Position numbers and translations under genes: made by a program. A DNA stretch of 64,000 nt, taken from NCBI GenBank assembly GCA_965207735.1, contig OZ242296.1:1952001-2016000 (forward strand), in the 5' to 3' direction. Origin of the DNA: Candidatus Versatilivorator sp. (GTDB lineage: Bacteria > Acidobacteriota > Terriglobia > Versatilivoradales > Versatilivoraceae). The number at the start of each line of letters is the position of its first letter. The stretch's first letter is position 1. This document shows positions 19,260 to 30,039 of this stretch, piece by piece. The notes under the pieces are model-generated. The model made no database searches. It saw only the letters and a program-made list of their open reading frames with translations, and had not been told where the DNA came from.

Positions 19260-19697
19260 TTATGCCACTTTGCCTTGGGCAATTCTGACTTTACCCAGGA
19301 GCTTGGCCATCCGCTCCACGTCGTCCTGCTCGGCAATGATCTGGTCTTCCAGCAGGTAGGCCGTGGGTTGGTGGCCGCAGACGTCCCTGGCCAGGCTGTA
19401 GGTTTCCACGGCTTGGGTTTCCAGCTCCAGGTCCATCTCCAACATCTCGGTCAGGTCGGTGGACTGGTGGACCTCTCCGACCTCGATGGTCGGGACACCG
19501 CCAAGGTAGACGATCTTCTCCCCCCAGGTCTTGGCATGGGTGAGGGCTTCCTCCGCCTGCTTGGTGAACAGCTCTTCGAATACCTCCCTGTCCGGACCCG
19601 TCAGGAGCATGCTGTGCTGGTTGTATTGGACTACAGCCGTGTACTCCAGGGAAACGGCTCGGTTGAGGACTTCGATCAGTTTGTCGTGATTTGCCAT
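19260..19697 (-). CDS. Ferritin-like / bacterioferritin-family protein
   Basis: ATG 19697 (MANHDKLIEVLNRAVSLEY); EEALTHA, LGGVP and DLELETQA ferroxidase-type pattern. Confidence 0.8.
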   Translation of the reverse strand: MANHDKLIEVLNRAVSLEYTAVVQYNQHSMLLTGPDREVFEELFTKQAEEALTHAKTWGEKIVYLGGVPTIEVGEVHQSTDLTEMLEMDLELETQAVETYSLARDVCGHQPTAYLLEDQIIAEQDDVERMAKLLGKVRIAQGKVA

Positions 19698-19897
19698 GGG
19701 TGCGGCACCCCCGTTTGGATTTTCAGACTGCCCGGCTGCCGACGATCCTCCGGTGGTGCAGGCGGCGCCGAGTCGGTCGATGAGCACTGGAACGAATGTT
19801 TTCGGGCTGACTGACTCGACCGCCAGCCAAATTCAGAATAGCCGGAACACCACCGCAAGTCAACCCTTAAGTTATTGAAAACAAAACCTTTATAGAA

Positions 19898-19916
19898 ATT
19901 GAATGTCAATTTCAAT
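19898..19916. promoter_or_regulatory. Possible Fur-like box in AT-rich divergent promoter region
   Basis: ATTGAATGTCAATTTCAAT, a 19-bp imperfect palindrome (ATTGA-N9-TCAAT) about 200 bp upstream of the ferritin-like gene. Confidence 0.35.
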
Positions 19917-20074
19917 ATCGCCTGAAGCAGGACCGATGGCATGCAGGCCGGTGAATGGACGGCAGGGCCCTCCTTGCGCCGCAGCTACTTTGGGGGTAGA
20001 TTCACTGTCTTCGGGCCAGTCGCCCGGGACCGCGGCTCGCCGGCCGGCGGAATGCCATAACCCGGAATGGGAAG

Positions 20075-20785
20075 GTGCTCATGTCCTTGAACCACCTGCT
20101 GCATGAACTCCGTGAATTCGACACCGCCCTGATCGCCAACACAGTCGGCTACATCGATCCCACGCCGGCCCACGAGACCTACATGGGCGGCTCCATCCAA
20201 TCGGTCACGCCCTCGCTGGGACCCACGGTGGGGGTTGCCGTGACCTGTGAGCTCGACAGCAGCACCCCCCACAACCAGGCAACCCCCGAGCCCTACCTGC
20301 GTCAACTCGACCAGATCTGCCAAATCGCCGAACCGGTGATCTGGGTGGTGAAGACGGTGGGTTCGCGACCCGACCATGAATGCGTGCTGGGAGACGGGAT
20401 GGCCAAGACGCTGGCCGCGGCCGGCTGCATCGGGGCGGTCACCGATGGCGGCGTCAGGGACGTGGCCGGACTGCTGAGCATTCCCTTCGCCGCCTATTGC
20501 CGGGGCAAGACCATCCACCACTGCGCACTCAACTACGGCCGGATCAATCAGCCGATAGAGGTCGGAGGCATCACCGTCCGCACCGGCGACGTCCTGCACG
20601 CCAACGACGAGGGCGTGATTCGAATCCCCTCCGCCTGCCTGGAGCGGCTTCCCGCCATGGCGATCAGGATGCGGTCATTCGAGCAGGACGCCCACCGCTT
20701 CATGCGCCACGCCGACCTCAGCCCCCGGGCCAAGCGCCAAAAGGTGAGCGAGTTGCTGGAGGAACACGGGTTCGCCCCGCGGTAA
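20075..20785 (+). CDS. RraA/HMG aldolase family protein
   Basis: LGDGMA, AVTDGGVRDV and GDVLHANDEGV motifs; start probably ATG 20081. Confidence 0.85.
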   Translation: MLMSLNHLLHELREFDTALIANTVGYIDPTPAHETYMGGSIQSVTPSLGPTVGVAVTCELDSSTPHNQATPEPYLRQLDQICQIAEPVIWVVKTVGSRPDHECVLGDGMAKTLAAAGCIGAVTDGGVRDVAGLLSIPFAAYCRGKTIHHCALNYGRINQPIEVGGITVRTGDVLHANDEGVIRIPSACLERLPAMAIRMRSFEQDAHRFMRHADLSPRAKRQKVSELLEEHGFAPR

Positions 20786-21039
20786 GCGAGTGAGATCGAA
20801 TTCCTGGAATGATTGCCGCCGCCGCTGCCGGGTCTCGGGTTGTCCAGGTCTTGAGAACCCGCTGGGTGCGGTCGAGATGTTGCTAGCCCGCATTTACCGG
20901 GAGACGGCCATGAGAGACAGAGCAGACGGAGATACAATGTGGGGAGGGTGGGATTTCAATCGGATCGTCCATCTTGGGTCGGGTTTTCTCCACCAAACGA
21001 CAGAGGGATACCGGCCTTTGAGGGGGCATACCAGCCATT

Positions 21040-23262
21040 TCAGGGTTCATGCCCGTCGTGCAACGTGATATCCCGAAAACGTGCAGCCAGAGTGCGGACA
21101 TCACGATTCATTCCTATTTCCTTGGGGGAGGTCGCATTCGGAAACTTGAATCCGATCACGATTTCCTCGTCCTGGAAATAAGTTGCGGGAACAACGAGGG
21201 AATAGACGCGCAACGGTTTCTCGGTCAGCATCCATTCACCGACGGGGTTGTCATTGATGTGGATCAGCACACGCTGGTGTGGGACCTTGTCCGGCACAAC
21301 GAAGGGGCGCAGTGTCGCGCTCAGGAGTACGGTGTCGTTGTTGGGAGGATCCACCTCCAACCCCAGTCTTGCGGCCTTGGCTCCTGTCCAGGTTCCGCCT
21401 CTATTGGGTCCGCTCCACCCGTCCAGCGGAAATCGAACAACGTTGCCCGTTTTCCCAAACCTGAGTAACGTACCCCAAAGGTACTTTCGGTTCCGGTACG
21501 CGGCCGGCTTGGGGTAGAGCCTTCCCTTTCGCCAGGAGGATTCCTGAAAAACGCTGCCCGAAATGACGTATTCCTGCAAGTTTTCGAAAAATCCGGATTT
21601 TGCAGCGCGATTCCGGTGAGACCGTGGTTGGTAGAATCTTCGCTGCCGCTCCTCTTCACTATTTACTGCAAAAACATTCTTGCCGCCAAAGTGCTTGGGC
21701 AAACCTAGCAGCCCAGCGACCGTTGCTGAGAAGTCATTGAGTTCAACTTGCGCCTCGGACACTTTTAGCGGCTCCCGACTCTGCGCAGGCTTTGCCAGAA
21801 ACAACGGCAAAACACCTCCCCATACCTGTAGATCGGATTTCATACTGTCAATCCACCGACCCGAATCGGCCGCTTGCATCTTGAACGACAATCCACCTCC
21901 ATGGTCCGACTGAATGATGATCGTCGAGTCATCGTAGATTGCCAGGGTCCGAAGTTTGTCAAGGAAGGTGATGGTCCTGTCAAGAGTATAGGCGGCCTGC
22001 CGTTTGTAGTTCTCCCGGGTTTTTTTCAAGGGAATCTTGCTTGGCAGGTTTCCTTCGGCAACCACCAGCGGGGGATGGGGTGTAATGAGGTGAATATACT
22101 TGTAGACAGATCCGTCTCTCCCCAGCGATGCCTTTTCGGTGAAATGACGGAGAAACTCATTCGAGGAAAAGTGTTTAAACTCCAGACCCGACAGTTCCAG
22201 CATCATCGATGATATCGACCAGGCCTGTTGGTTATAGATCACTTTCTTGATGAAATGGGGAGCGGCTCTAAACAGAGACAAGTCCAACATAAAAGCGGCT
22301 TGCCATCTTTCTGCTTCCTCCTTTCCCCGGAAGGGTCGGCGGATATGAAAATACGTCCCTTTTGGATAAAAGTTCAGCGAAAAATCCGTAGTCGAAGCGA
22401 TATCGACCTGATAGCCGGCATCTGCCAGAACCTTGACAACGTTCCTCCCTTCCAGTGCCTCTTGCTTGAATTTCCACACGGGAATGTGATTTCGGTATGT
22501 GGTCGCGGTCATGAATGAAGGAACGCTCAAGTAAGTTACGGTCGACGAGGTGATGGCTTCCTTGAAGAAGGTGAATCCCTGCAGGGCATCCCGATAACGT
22601 TTGGAGTCCCCGACAAGCTCTTCGAAGATGTCCGACTGAAACCCGTCCAAGACGATATGAATCACATTCTTGGTGGCTGAGAACCGGAAGAGCTTTTCGG
22701 GAGGATCCGAGTGGGCAATCGAGCGCCCGAGTTTTTCACCCGAATCGGTTCGTGGATCCGATTCCATTAACCACAGCGATCCCACCTGGACGGCGAACAG
22801 AAACAGGCAGAGTGACTGAACCATCGGGAGGAGCCGCCGCCGCCAGCAGACGGCAGCCCCAAGGACCGCCACCCATATTGGAGTGTCCACATAGCCCTTC
22901 CACGCTTCCCGCGGCCAGTCTATAGATGTTCCATCCAGCGGACCGTAACCCCATAGAAGGACATCACTTTGCAACCACAAAAGAACACCGATCGCAGCGA
23001 GAACCGCGATGTAGCATTGGCCTGGCCCTCGGGGCAGGGCTAGGCCAAGACCAACGAGGATGGCCATGGACGCCAGGAATGGCATGAAATAGAGCGCGAT
23101 CAGAGTGAGGAACGCCACTCTCATCTCTGCTGCATTGGTGATGTAGATCGCGAGAGGACAGAAGAGAAATATCTTAAAGCTAATCCAGCCAGCGACGAGT
23201 ATGAGAGGAATTGCTGCGTTTCCTTTATCAGTAATCATGAGATGTCCACTGAACCTCTGCAA
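21040..23262 (-). CDS. Membrane-anchored sulfatase-like (alkaline phosphatase superfamily) hydrolase/transferase
   Basis: Several N-terminal TM segments, then NVIHIVLDG, HLITPHPP and IIIQSDHG motifs; visibly lower GC than its neighbours. Confidence 0.75.
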   Translation of the reverse strand: MQRFSGHLMITDKGNAAIPLILVAGWISFKIFLFCPLAIYITNAAEMRVAFLTLIALYFMPFLASMAILVGLGLALPRGPGQCYIAVLAAIGVLLWLQSDVLLWGYGPLDGTSIDWPREAWKGYVDTPIWVAVLGAAVCWRRRLLPMVQSLCLFLFAVQVGSLWLMESDPRTDSGEKLGRSIAHSDPPEKLFRFSATKNVIHIVLDGFQSDIFEELVGDSKRYRDALQGFTFFKEAITSSTVTYLSVPSFMTATTYRNHIPVWKFKQEALEGRNVVKVLADAGYQVDIASTTDFSLNFYPKGTYFHIRRPFRGKEEAERWQAAFMLDLSLFRAAPHFIKKVIYNQQAWSISSMMLELSGLEFKHFSSNEFLRHFTEKASLGRDGSVYKYIHLITPHPPLVVAEGNLPSKIPLKKTRENYKRQAAYTLDRTITFLDKLRTLAIYDDSTIIIQSDHGGGLSFKMQAADSGRWIDSMKSDLQVWGGVLPLFLAKPAQSREPLKVSEAQVELNDFSATVAGLLGLPKHFGGKNVFAVNSEEERQRRFYQPRSHRNRAAKSGFFENLQEYVISGSVFQESSWRKGRLYPKPAAYRNRKYLWGTLLRFGKTGNVVRFPLDGWSGPNRGGTWTGAKAARLGLEVDPPNNDTVLLSATLRPFVVPDKVPHQRVLIHINDNPVGEWMLTEKPLRVYSLVVPATYFQDEEIVIGFKFPNATSPKEIGMNRDVRTLAARFRDITLHDGHEP

Positions 23263-23355
23263 TACTTCCTCGTGTCCGCAAATCGTGTCAGCCCGCGTGA
23301 CGCGGTAGTGGCTCTTGCCGATTGGACAAAACCTTCATGGCTTCGTGTCTCTTAG

Positions 23356-23598
23356 CCCGCATTTCTCACCAGGGGGCATGATCATGGCGCAGGGTTTTTC
23401 CCTTCAGCGCGTGCTCGCGACCGAAAAGCGTAGCGGTCACTACGCGCGAGAGAGCATGTGCGCGCTGAAGGGAAAAAGACAAGCCAAGGCATGCCCAGCG
23501 CAGTCTGTTACCCACAAACCCTTACCAGGGAGCCAATCAAAGTACTGAAGACAAACTACTTTTCGTCATGGCACCAGCGACCTGGCGAGAAATGCGGG
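23356..23598. mobile_element. 243-bp MITE, copy 1
   Basis: TIRs CCCGCATTTCTCACCAGG / CCTGGCGAGAAATGCGGG; flanks CTTAG and CTAAG; near-identical to 45531-45773. Confidence 0.88.
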
Positions 23599-23670
23599 CT
23601 AAGTGCTGGCGCCGCTTCGCGGCTTACTGGAACCCCGGACTGGTGCCCGGCGGACTATGGCGATGCCTCC

Positions 23671-24468
23671 TTACATCTCGGCCAGGGCTTTCATCATGGT
23701 GACGGGGTCCTGCTTGAGGAAGGCGTGGGTGGCCCGATCGGTATCCAGCTCCGCCACCAGCAGCATTTCCCGGCCCAGCTCCGAGGCTTGAATCACCAGC
23801 CCGTCGGGTCCGATGATGAAGGAGCGGCAGTTGTTGTTGGCATGGCACATGTTGGCGGAGACGAAGTAGATGGTGTTCTCCCCGGCCCGGGCCATCAGCA
23901 GGGCCTCCTGAATGGGCCGTTTCCAGGCCATGTCGCTGTACAGGTGGTTGAACTGGGGGTGAAAGACAATGGTGGCGCCGGCCTTGGCCAGCTCGCGAAC
24001 GTTTTCGGGGAACCGGAACCCCTCGAAGCAGATGACGATCCCCATGCAGATGTCGTCGAAATAGAACAGGGTGGGTCCGGTTCCCGGGGAGTAGCCTTCG
24101 GCGTCCTTGGGGGTGAGCCGGCTCTTGTGATGGACCGCCAGGGTCTTCCCCTCCCGATCCAGGATCACGGCGCTGTTGAAGGGCTTGGCGGACCCGTTGG
24201 GCGTCTCGGTGCCCACGATCACGCCCATGTTCAGTAGGAGGCAACGCCCGGCAATCTCCTCCAGCGCCCCTTTCAGGGCCCGGGCGGGACAGGCGGCCTC
24301 GGAAGCCAGCAGGCCGACCCGGTAGCCGGAGAGCTGGGTTTCGGGTAAGCAGAGCAGTTCCACCCCTTCCCGAGCGGCCTTGTCCATGGTCTCAACCACC
24401 TTGGCCGTGTTGACCTCCACGTCGGTGGTCTGGGGAATCTGCGCCGCGCCTACTTTGATCTTGCTCAA
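23671..24468 (-). CDS. Carbon-nitrogen hydrolase (nitrilase superfamily)
   Basis: LPE, HHKSRL and ICFEG give the E-K-C triad. Confidence 0.9.
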   Translation of the reverse strand: MSKIKVGAAQIPQTTDVEVNTAKVVETMDKAAREGVELLCLPETQLSGYRVGLLASEAACPARALKGALEEIAGRCLLLNMGVIVGTETPNGSAKPFNSAVILDREGKTLAVHHKSRLTPKDAEGYSPGTGPTLFYFDDICMGIVICFEGFRFPENVRELAKAGATIVFHPQFNHLYSDMAWKRPIQEALLMARAGENTIYFVSANMCHANNNCRSFIIGPDGLVIQASELGREMLLVAELDTDRATHAFLKQDPVTMMKALAEM

Positions 24469-24498
24469 TGCTCTCCTCCCGCTTCGGCTGCAGCCCCA

Positions 24499-25446
24499 TC
24501 AGGGGTAGACCGTATGGCCGGCGACGCTGAGACCGATCTTGAACAGCGTCTTCCCGGCGGTAATGTAGGCGGTTCGCTTGCCGGGGCCGCCAAAGGTCAG
24601 GTTGGTGATGACGTCTTCAGGAACATCGATAAAGCCCAGCAGCTCCCCCGTTGGGCTCACCACGTAGATTCCCGGCGGATTCAGGCCGGTTTCGCCCTCT
24701 CCCCTGGGCATCTTGATCCCGGCCGCGGCCCAGAGATTCCCCTGGGCGTCCACGCGGAGTCCGTCCGCGCCCCGACCCGGAGAGAAGTCGTAAACCACTC
24801 TCTGATTGACCAGCCCATCGTCCTCCTGAATGTCGAAGGCCCAGATCTTTCTGTTGCCGCCGGGCCGGTGGTTGCTGTCCACCACGTAGAGCGTCCTGTC
24901 GTCAGGCGAGAGGGTGAGGCCGTTGGGACGTTGTATGGCCGGTTGTTGCAGCACCCGAACCACCGAGCCGTCGAGGTCGATCCGGTAGACCCCCTCTTCG
25001 GTCATCTCCATGATGGATCGGTCGCCGTAGCAGGGGTCGGTAAAGTAGATCCGTCCGCGACCGTCAATGACGAGGTCGTTGGGACTGTTGTATCGCCGGC
25101 CCTCGAAGCGGTCGGTCAGCACCTCGACCTCGCCGCTTTCCATATCCGTCCGTACCAGCCGCCGCCGTCCCCCGGGGCCCGATTCACTCCCCTCGCAGCT
25201 CACCAGGCGGCCCTGCCGATCGAACATGTTTCCGTTGGTGCGGCCGCTGTCCTCCCGAAAGACCGAGAGTACCCCGTCGGCGGAAACCTTCATGATGCGG
25301 TTGTTGGCGATATCGCTGAAGAAGACGTTGCCCTCGGCATCCGCGGCCGGACCCTCGGTGAACGCAATGATGGCCGCCGAAGTCAACTTGGAACTGGCCG
25401 CCACCCAGTCCGAGTCCTGGGTACGGCGAGAAGGGTTATCGGACAT
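24499..25446 (-). CDS. SMP-30/gluconolactonase family protein
   Basis: ATG 25446; FTEGP, NSPNDL, PNGLTLSPD and GADGLRVD motifs. Confidence 0.9.
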   Translation of the reverse strand: MSDNPSRRTQDSDWVAASSKLTSAAIIAFTEGPAADAEGNVFFSDIANNRIMKVSADGVLSVFREDSGRTNGNMFDRQGRLVSCEGSESGPGGRRRLVRTDMESGEVEVLTDRFEGRRYNSPNDLVIDGRGRIYFTDPCYGDRSIMEMTEEGVYRIDLDGSVVRVLQQPAIQRPNGLTLSPDDRTLYVVDSNHRPGGNRKIWAFDIQEDDGLVNQRVVYDFSPGRGADGLRVDAQGNLWAAAGIKMPRGEGETGLNPPGIYVVSPTGELLGFIDVPEDVITNLTFGGPGKRTAYITAGKTLFKIGLSVAGHTVYP

Positions 25447-25601
25447 GAAACCTCCTGAATCCTGGCCGGCGCCCACCCGATCCCGAGCCGAACCTGCAGA
25501 TACTCTCATTCAACAGGGAACCTGTGCCAAAGGCCACAATTATGGGACGCCACCGAGGCAATGGCAAACCAAACTTCTCCCCGGACTGCCCTGGAAAACG
25601 T

Positions 25602-26720
25602 CTATCGGTAGAGCCTCGGAACCCTTGGACCGATCCGGCACAGCGCCTCGTAGGGAATGGTGGAGCAGGCGGCGGCGAACTCCCGGGTCGTGATCTCCTC
25701 GCTTCCCTGCCGGCCGATCAGGCAGACTTCATCCCCCACGCCGGCCTCCGGCACCGCCCCGACATCCACCGCCGTCAGGTCCATGCTGATCCTGCCGGCA
25801 AAGGGGAGGCGCCGGCCGTGCAGCAGGACGTTGCCCCCGGACGCCAGCAGCCGGTTGACTCCATCCGCGTAGCCGACCGGGAGGATGGCGATACGGGTGT
25901 CTCCGGGAGCCACGTAGTCGCCCCCGTATCCGACCGGGGTCCCGGCCTTCACCCTCTTGACCTGCATGATCGAGGTCTTGAAGCTCAGCGCCGGACTCAG
26001 GGTCAGCGGAGCCGGTCCGCTCAAAGGATTGATGCCATAGAGCATCAGCCCGGGGCGGACCGCATCGTGCCAGGCCTCTCGAAAACCGAGAATGCCGGCG
26101 CTGTTTGCCATGTGGTTTCGGATTTCCGCGGGTGTCTCGGAGGGCAACCCAGCCAACACCTGCCTGAAGCGGCCGATCTGGCTGCGGTTGGCGGGATGGC
26201 CGGGCTCGTCGGCCGAGCTGAAATGGGTGTAGAGACCCTGGCAGCGGACCCATTCCAGGGCCAGACAGCGGCGGATCACCTCGCCGGCCTTTTCGAAGGG
26301 TACACCCAGGCGGGTCATCCCGGTGTCGATCTTGATGGCGTAGCGGGCCGGGGTCTTCAAGCGGCCGGCCTCACGGGCCAACCGCAGCACCATGTCTTGG
26401 TCATACACCGCCGGCGTCAAGTCCCGGTGAATGATCTCGGCCTCTTCCCCCGGCCAGAACCCGTTGAGGATGAGGATGGGCGATCCTATGCCGGCCCGCC
26501 TCAACTCCAGGGCTTCCTCCAGAATGGCCACCGCCAGCGAGTCGACCCCCGCCTCTTCCAGGCAACGCGCCACCGGCACCGCCCCGTGTCCGTAGGCGTC
26601 GGCCTTCACCACGGCAATGACGCCAATGCCCTCCTCAAGATGGGTGCGCAGAGCCCGGAGGTTGGCCCGGATGGCAGTCAGGTCGACCTCTACCCAGGTA
26701 GGTCTGCCCGATTGATTCAT
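25602..26720 (-). CDS. alr: Alanine racemase
   Basis: AVVKADAYGHG, KIDTGMTRLG, VRPG, GYADG and GRISMD motifs; ATG 26720. Confidence 0.95.
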   Translation of the reverse strand: MNQSGRPTWVEVDLTAIRANLRALRTHLEEGIGVIAVVKADAYGHGAVPVARCLEEAGVDSLAVAILEEALELRRAGIGSPILILNGFWPGEEAEIIHRDLTPAVYDQDMVLRLAREAGRLKTPARYAIKIDTGMTRLGVPFEKAGEVIRRCLALEWVRCQGLYTHFSSADEPGHPANRSQIGRFRQVLAGLPSETPAEIRNHMANSAGILGFREAWHDAVRPGLMLYGINPLSGPAPLTLSPALSFKTSIMQVKRVKAGTPVGYGGDYVAPGDTRIAILPVGYADGVNRLLASGGNVLLHGRRLPFAGRISMDLTAVDVGAVPEAGVGDEVCLIGRQGSEEITTREFAAACSTIPYEALCRIGPRVPRLYR

Positions 26721-26739
26721 GGCCTGGTCCGGGGTGGGC

Positions 26740-28080
26740 CTACTCCTGCAGGAGGCTTTCAAAGCGAGTGTACTCTTTCAGGAAAACCAGGTCGACCTTG
26801 CCTGTAGGACCGTTTCGCTGCTTGCCAATGATCAGCTCGGCAACTCCTTGGTTCTCGTCGGTCTTCTTGTACAGCTCTTCACGAAATATGAAGGCCACCA
26901 GATCGGCGTCCTGCTCTATGGAGCCGGACTCTCTCAGATCCGAAAGCTGGGGGCGGTGATTCCCGGTTCGCTGCTCAGGGGCACGGCTGAGCTGGGAGAG
27001 CGCCATCACCGGAATCTCCAGCTCCTTGGCCAGCGCCTTAAGACCCCGAGAGATGCTCGATATCTCCTGTTGGCGATTTTCAAAACGCCCTGTTCCTCCC
27101 GAAACCAGCTGCAGGTAGTCCACGATCAGCAGATCCAGCCCGCTCTCGACCTTGAGGCGCCTGGCCTTGGCCCGCATCTCCAGCAAGCTGATGCCCGGGG
27201 TGTCATCGATGAAGATCTTGGAAGTGGACAACTCCCCCAACTTGCCGGCCAGCGTAGCCCACTCTTCCTTGCTCAGGCGTCCGGTCCGCAACCTATGGGC
27301 GTCGGTCCGGGCTTCCGAGCAGAGAATGCGAAGCAGCAATTGATCGCCCGCCATCTCAAGGCTGAAAACCCCAACGCTTTTCTGGGAGCCCATGGCGGCG
27401 CGGCTGGCAATATTGAGCGCCAGCGTGGTCTTGCCCATGGCGGGTCTGGCTGCGATCACCACCAGGTCGGAGGGCTGGAACCCGGAGGTCAGCTCGTCGA
27501 ACTTGGTGAACCCCGAGGGAATCCCCGTCACCATCTGCTGCCGTCCGGCCGCCGCCTCGATCTTTTTGAATCCGGTCTTGGCCAGTTGGCCGAGGCTGAC
27601 AAAGCCGGTCCGGATCTTGGATTCGGCGATGTCGAAGATCGCCCTCTCGGCGCTGTCCAGCACGTTCTCCACCTCGTCCTGCTGTTCGTAGCAGGAGGAG
27701 ATGATCTGGTTGGACTGCTTGATCAGTCTGCGCAGGGTGGATTTTTCCTGCACGATGCGGGCGTAATGCTCCAGGTTGGTCAGGCGGGGGACTTCATCGA
27801 TCAGCGAAGATATGAAGGAACGGCCTCCAATGGCTTCCAGTTGTCCGACACCGTCAACGGCATTGGACAGGGTCACCAGGTCAATGGCCTTGGAGCTCTC
27901 CAGCAGCGCCACCATTTGCTGGAAGAGCGTCCGGTGGCTGCTGAGGTAGAAGTCCTCGTGACTCAACAGCTCGACCGCCTGGTTGATGAGGTGGTTGTCC
28001 AGCAGAACGGCTCCCAGAACGCAGCGCTCGGCCTCGATGTTCCGGGGAAGTCCTTTTTCGATGGCAGCCTCGGCAGGCAT
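26740..28080 (-). CDS. dnaB: Replicative DNA helicase
   Basis: [31 protein letters not shown] and KQRNGP motifs; no intein. Confidence 0.97.
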   Translation of the reverse strand: MPAEAAIEKGLPRNIEAERCVLGAVLLDNHLINQAVELLSHEDFYLSSHRTLFQQMVALLESSKAIDLVTLSNAVDGVGQLEAIGGRSFISSLIDEVPRLTNLEHYARIVQEKSTLRRLIKQSNQIISSCYEQQDEVENVLDSAERAIFDIAESKIRTGFVSLGQLAKTGFKKIEAAAGRQQMVTGIPSGFTKFDELTSGFQPSDLVVIAARPAMGKTTLALNIASRAAMGSQKSVGVFSLEMAGDQLLLRILCSEARTDAHRLRTGRLSKEEWATLAGKLGELSTSKIFIDDTPGISLLEMRAKARRLKVESGLDLLIVDYLQLVSGGTGRFENRQQEISSISRGLKALAKELEIPVMALSQLSRAPEQRTGNHRPQLSDLRESGSIEQDADLVAFIFREELYKKTDENQGVAELIIGKQRNGPTGKVDLVFLKEYTRFESLLQE

Positions 28081-28171
28081 GGGTTGGGTTCGCGAAGAAA
28101 CCGGGACGGCCTTCCAGGGAAGAAGACCCGGGGGAATCCGGTCGAAATCAAATGCCGGGCGGGTAGAGAGT

Positions 28172-28618
28172 CTACTCTTCCCGGGCCACTTCGACGTTGA
28201 CCACTGCAGTCACTTCTCGGTGGAGTTTGATGGGCACGTTATGCCCACCCAGAGACTTGAGGGGCTCCTCCAGGTCGATCTTCCGGCGGTCGATCTCGAA
28301 GCCCTTTTCCTGCAGTGACTCGGCGATATCCAGCGAAGTTACCGAGCCGTAGAGGACCTCCTGCTCTCCGACCTTGCGGGTGAACTGGAGGGAAACCTCG
28401 GCAAGCTGCTGCGCCAGATTCTCGGATTCGTTCTTCTCGATGGCTTCGCGGCGGACGCCCGCGGCCTTCTCCTGCTCCACCTGTCGTATATTGTGGGGCG
28501 TGGCCAGGACGGCTTTCCGCTTGGGCAGCAGATAGTTGCGCGCATAGCCGGGCTTGACGGCGACCAACTCGCCGCGATCGCCGAGCTTCTCGATTCGTTC
28601 TCTCAGGACCACGTCCAT
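28172..28618 (-). CDS. rplI: 50S ribosomal protein L9
   Basis: [12 protein letters not shown] and LYGSVT motifs. Confidence 0.97.
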   Translation of the reverse strand: MDVVLRERIEKLGDRGELVAVKPGYARNYLLPKRKAVLATPHNIRQVEQEKAAGVRREAIEKNESENLAQQLAEVSLQFTRKVGEQEVLYGSVTSLDIAESLQEKGFEIDRRKIDLEEPLKSLGGHNVPIKLHREVTAVVNVEVAREE

Positions 28619-28684
28619 GGCGTCCTTACTCCAGCGGTTCGAACCAATGGGTGAGACGAGGGAAAGGGATGCAGAGCCTCCGGC

Positions 28685-28960
28685 CTAACCCGCGGCAAAG
28701 GGAAGCAAGGCGATATTGCGGGCTCGCTTGAGAGCCTCCATGAGCTTGCGTTGACAGGCTGCACAGGTTCCCGAAATCCTTCGGGGCAGGATCTTGCCCC
28801 GCTCCGGGTTGAAGGCGGAAAGCAAACGGGTATCCTTGTAGTCGATATAGTCGATCTTCTCGGCGCAGAACCGGCACACTTTCTTCCGCCGAACGAAGTG
28901 TCGTCTACGGCCTCTTCTGGGTTTTGCGCTCGAACGTCCAAAGCTCCGGCTGGGAGGCAT
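28685..28960 (-). CDS. rpsR: 30S ribosomal protein S18
   Basis: [19 protein letters not shown] and [11 protein letters not shown] motifs; ATG 28960. Confidence 0.95.
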   Translation of the reverse strand: MPPSRSFGRSSAKPRRGRRRHFVRRKKVCRFCAEKIDYIDYKDTRLLSAFNPERGKILPRRISGTCAACQRKLMEALKRARNIALLPFAAG

Positions 28961-29012
28961 TGCAACGGCTCCTTTGTGTATGCTCCGAGGGGGGGGGATG
29001 GCTCCGTGCCGG

Positions 29013-29396
29013 CTATATGGCGGGAGCAACCGCCTCGGGTTCGGTTCCACGACTGCGGCGGGCCTTCTTCTTGAGGCGGGCCGCCTTGACCTTTTCCGCC
29101 CTTTTCAGATCTTCATCCACTCGCACCGTGAGGTAGCGCAAGACCCGGTCGTTGACCCGCAAGCGCCGCTCCAACTCCTTGACGCAATCCCCACCCGCGC
29201 CCATGGTAAGCAGAATGTAGATACCCTCGTGCAGATCCTGAATCTCATAGGCAAGCTTCTTCTTGCCCAAACGGTCGATGCTGTGCACCTCCCCGCCGAA
29301 ACTCCGGACCACTTCCTCCATCTGGGCTGTGATCCGTTCGATTCCCTCGTCATTGGACGACGGGCGCACGATAAACATGACTTCGTAACGTCTCAT
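29013..29396 (-). CDS. rpsF: 30S ribosomal protein S6
   Basis: [16 protein letters not shown] and VLRYLTV motifs. Confidence 0.95.
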   Translation of the reverse strand: MRRYEVMFIVRPSSNDEGIERITAQMEEVVRSFGGEVHSIDRLGKKKLAYEIQDLHEGIYILLTMGAGGDCVKELERRLRVNDRVLRYLTVRVDEDLKRAEKVKAARLKKKARRSRGTEPEAVAPAI

Positions 29397-29461
29397 GAGT
29401 CTCCGTTCCCGAAACTGTTTGCCGACCCCGCCAACGGAATGACGCGGTTGAGAAATGCGGG

Positions 29462-30031
29462 CTAACTCTCCCCCGGATTAAACCGGTTCATGGCATGGTC
29501 GACGCCGGCCAGGCAGACCGACTCCACGGCCTCGGCGCCCTTGAGAATCACCTGCCGAAAGGCCGCGGCACAATGCGAAGGCACGGGAGACAGAACAAAT
29601 TCGACCGCATCCGGAATGTCCTCTTCCGGAGCCATACCCAAGCGAACCCGGGTAAATTCCCGTGTGGCCAGGGCCTCGATGATGGACTTGAGGCCGTTGT
29701 GTCCTCCGTCACCGCCCCTGGCTCGAATCCGAAGCCGCCCCATGGGTAGCGCCAAATCATCGCAGATTACGACCAGGTCGTCAAGCGACAGACGGTACTC
29801 GGACAGAAGCAGGCTGACCGCACGGCCACTCAGATTCACGTAGGTCTGGGGCTTGGCCAGCAACAAGGAGGTTCCGGACAGCCCAACGGTGGCCACCCGA
29901 GCCAGGCAGGGATCCGACCTCCATCCACTTCCCCCGGCCGAGGCAAGCTGGTCGACCACGGCGAAACCCGCGTTGTGGGGCGTGTGAGCATAGCGCTGCC
30001 CGGGATTGCCAAGACCGACCACGAGCTTCAT
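29462..30031 (-). CDS. pth: Peptidyl-tRNA hydrolase
   Basis: VGLGNPG, HNAGF, KPQTYVNLSG and GGHNGLKS motifs. Confidence 0.96.
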   Translation of the reverse strand: MKLVVGLGNPGQRYAHTPHNAGFAVVDQLASAGGSGWRSDPCLARVATVGLSGTSLLLAKPQTYVNLSGRAVSLLLSEYRLSLDDLVVICDDLALPMGRLRIRARGGDGGHNGLKSIIEALATREFTRVRLGMAPEEDIPDAVEFVLSPVPSHCAAAFRQVILKGAEAVESVCLAGVDHAMNRFNPGES

Positions 30032-30039
30032 GGGTAGCA

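Noticed and set aside
28960-29013. Missing ssb/priB between rpsF and rpsR
   Set aside because: Direct rpsF-rpsR-rplI order occurs in many bacterial lineages; not unusual
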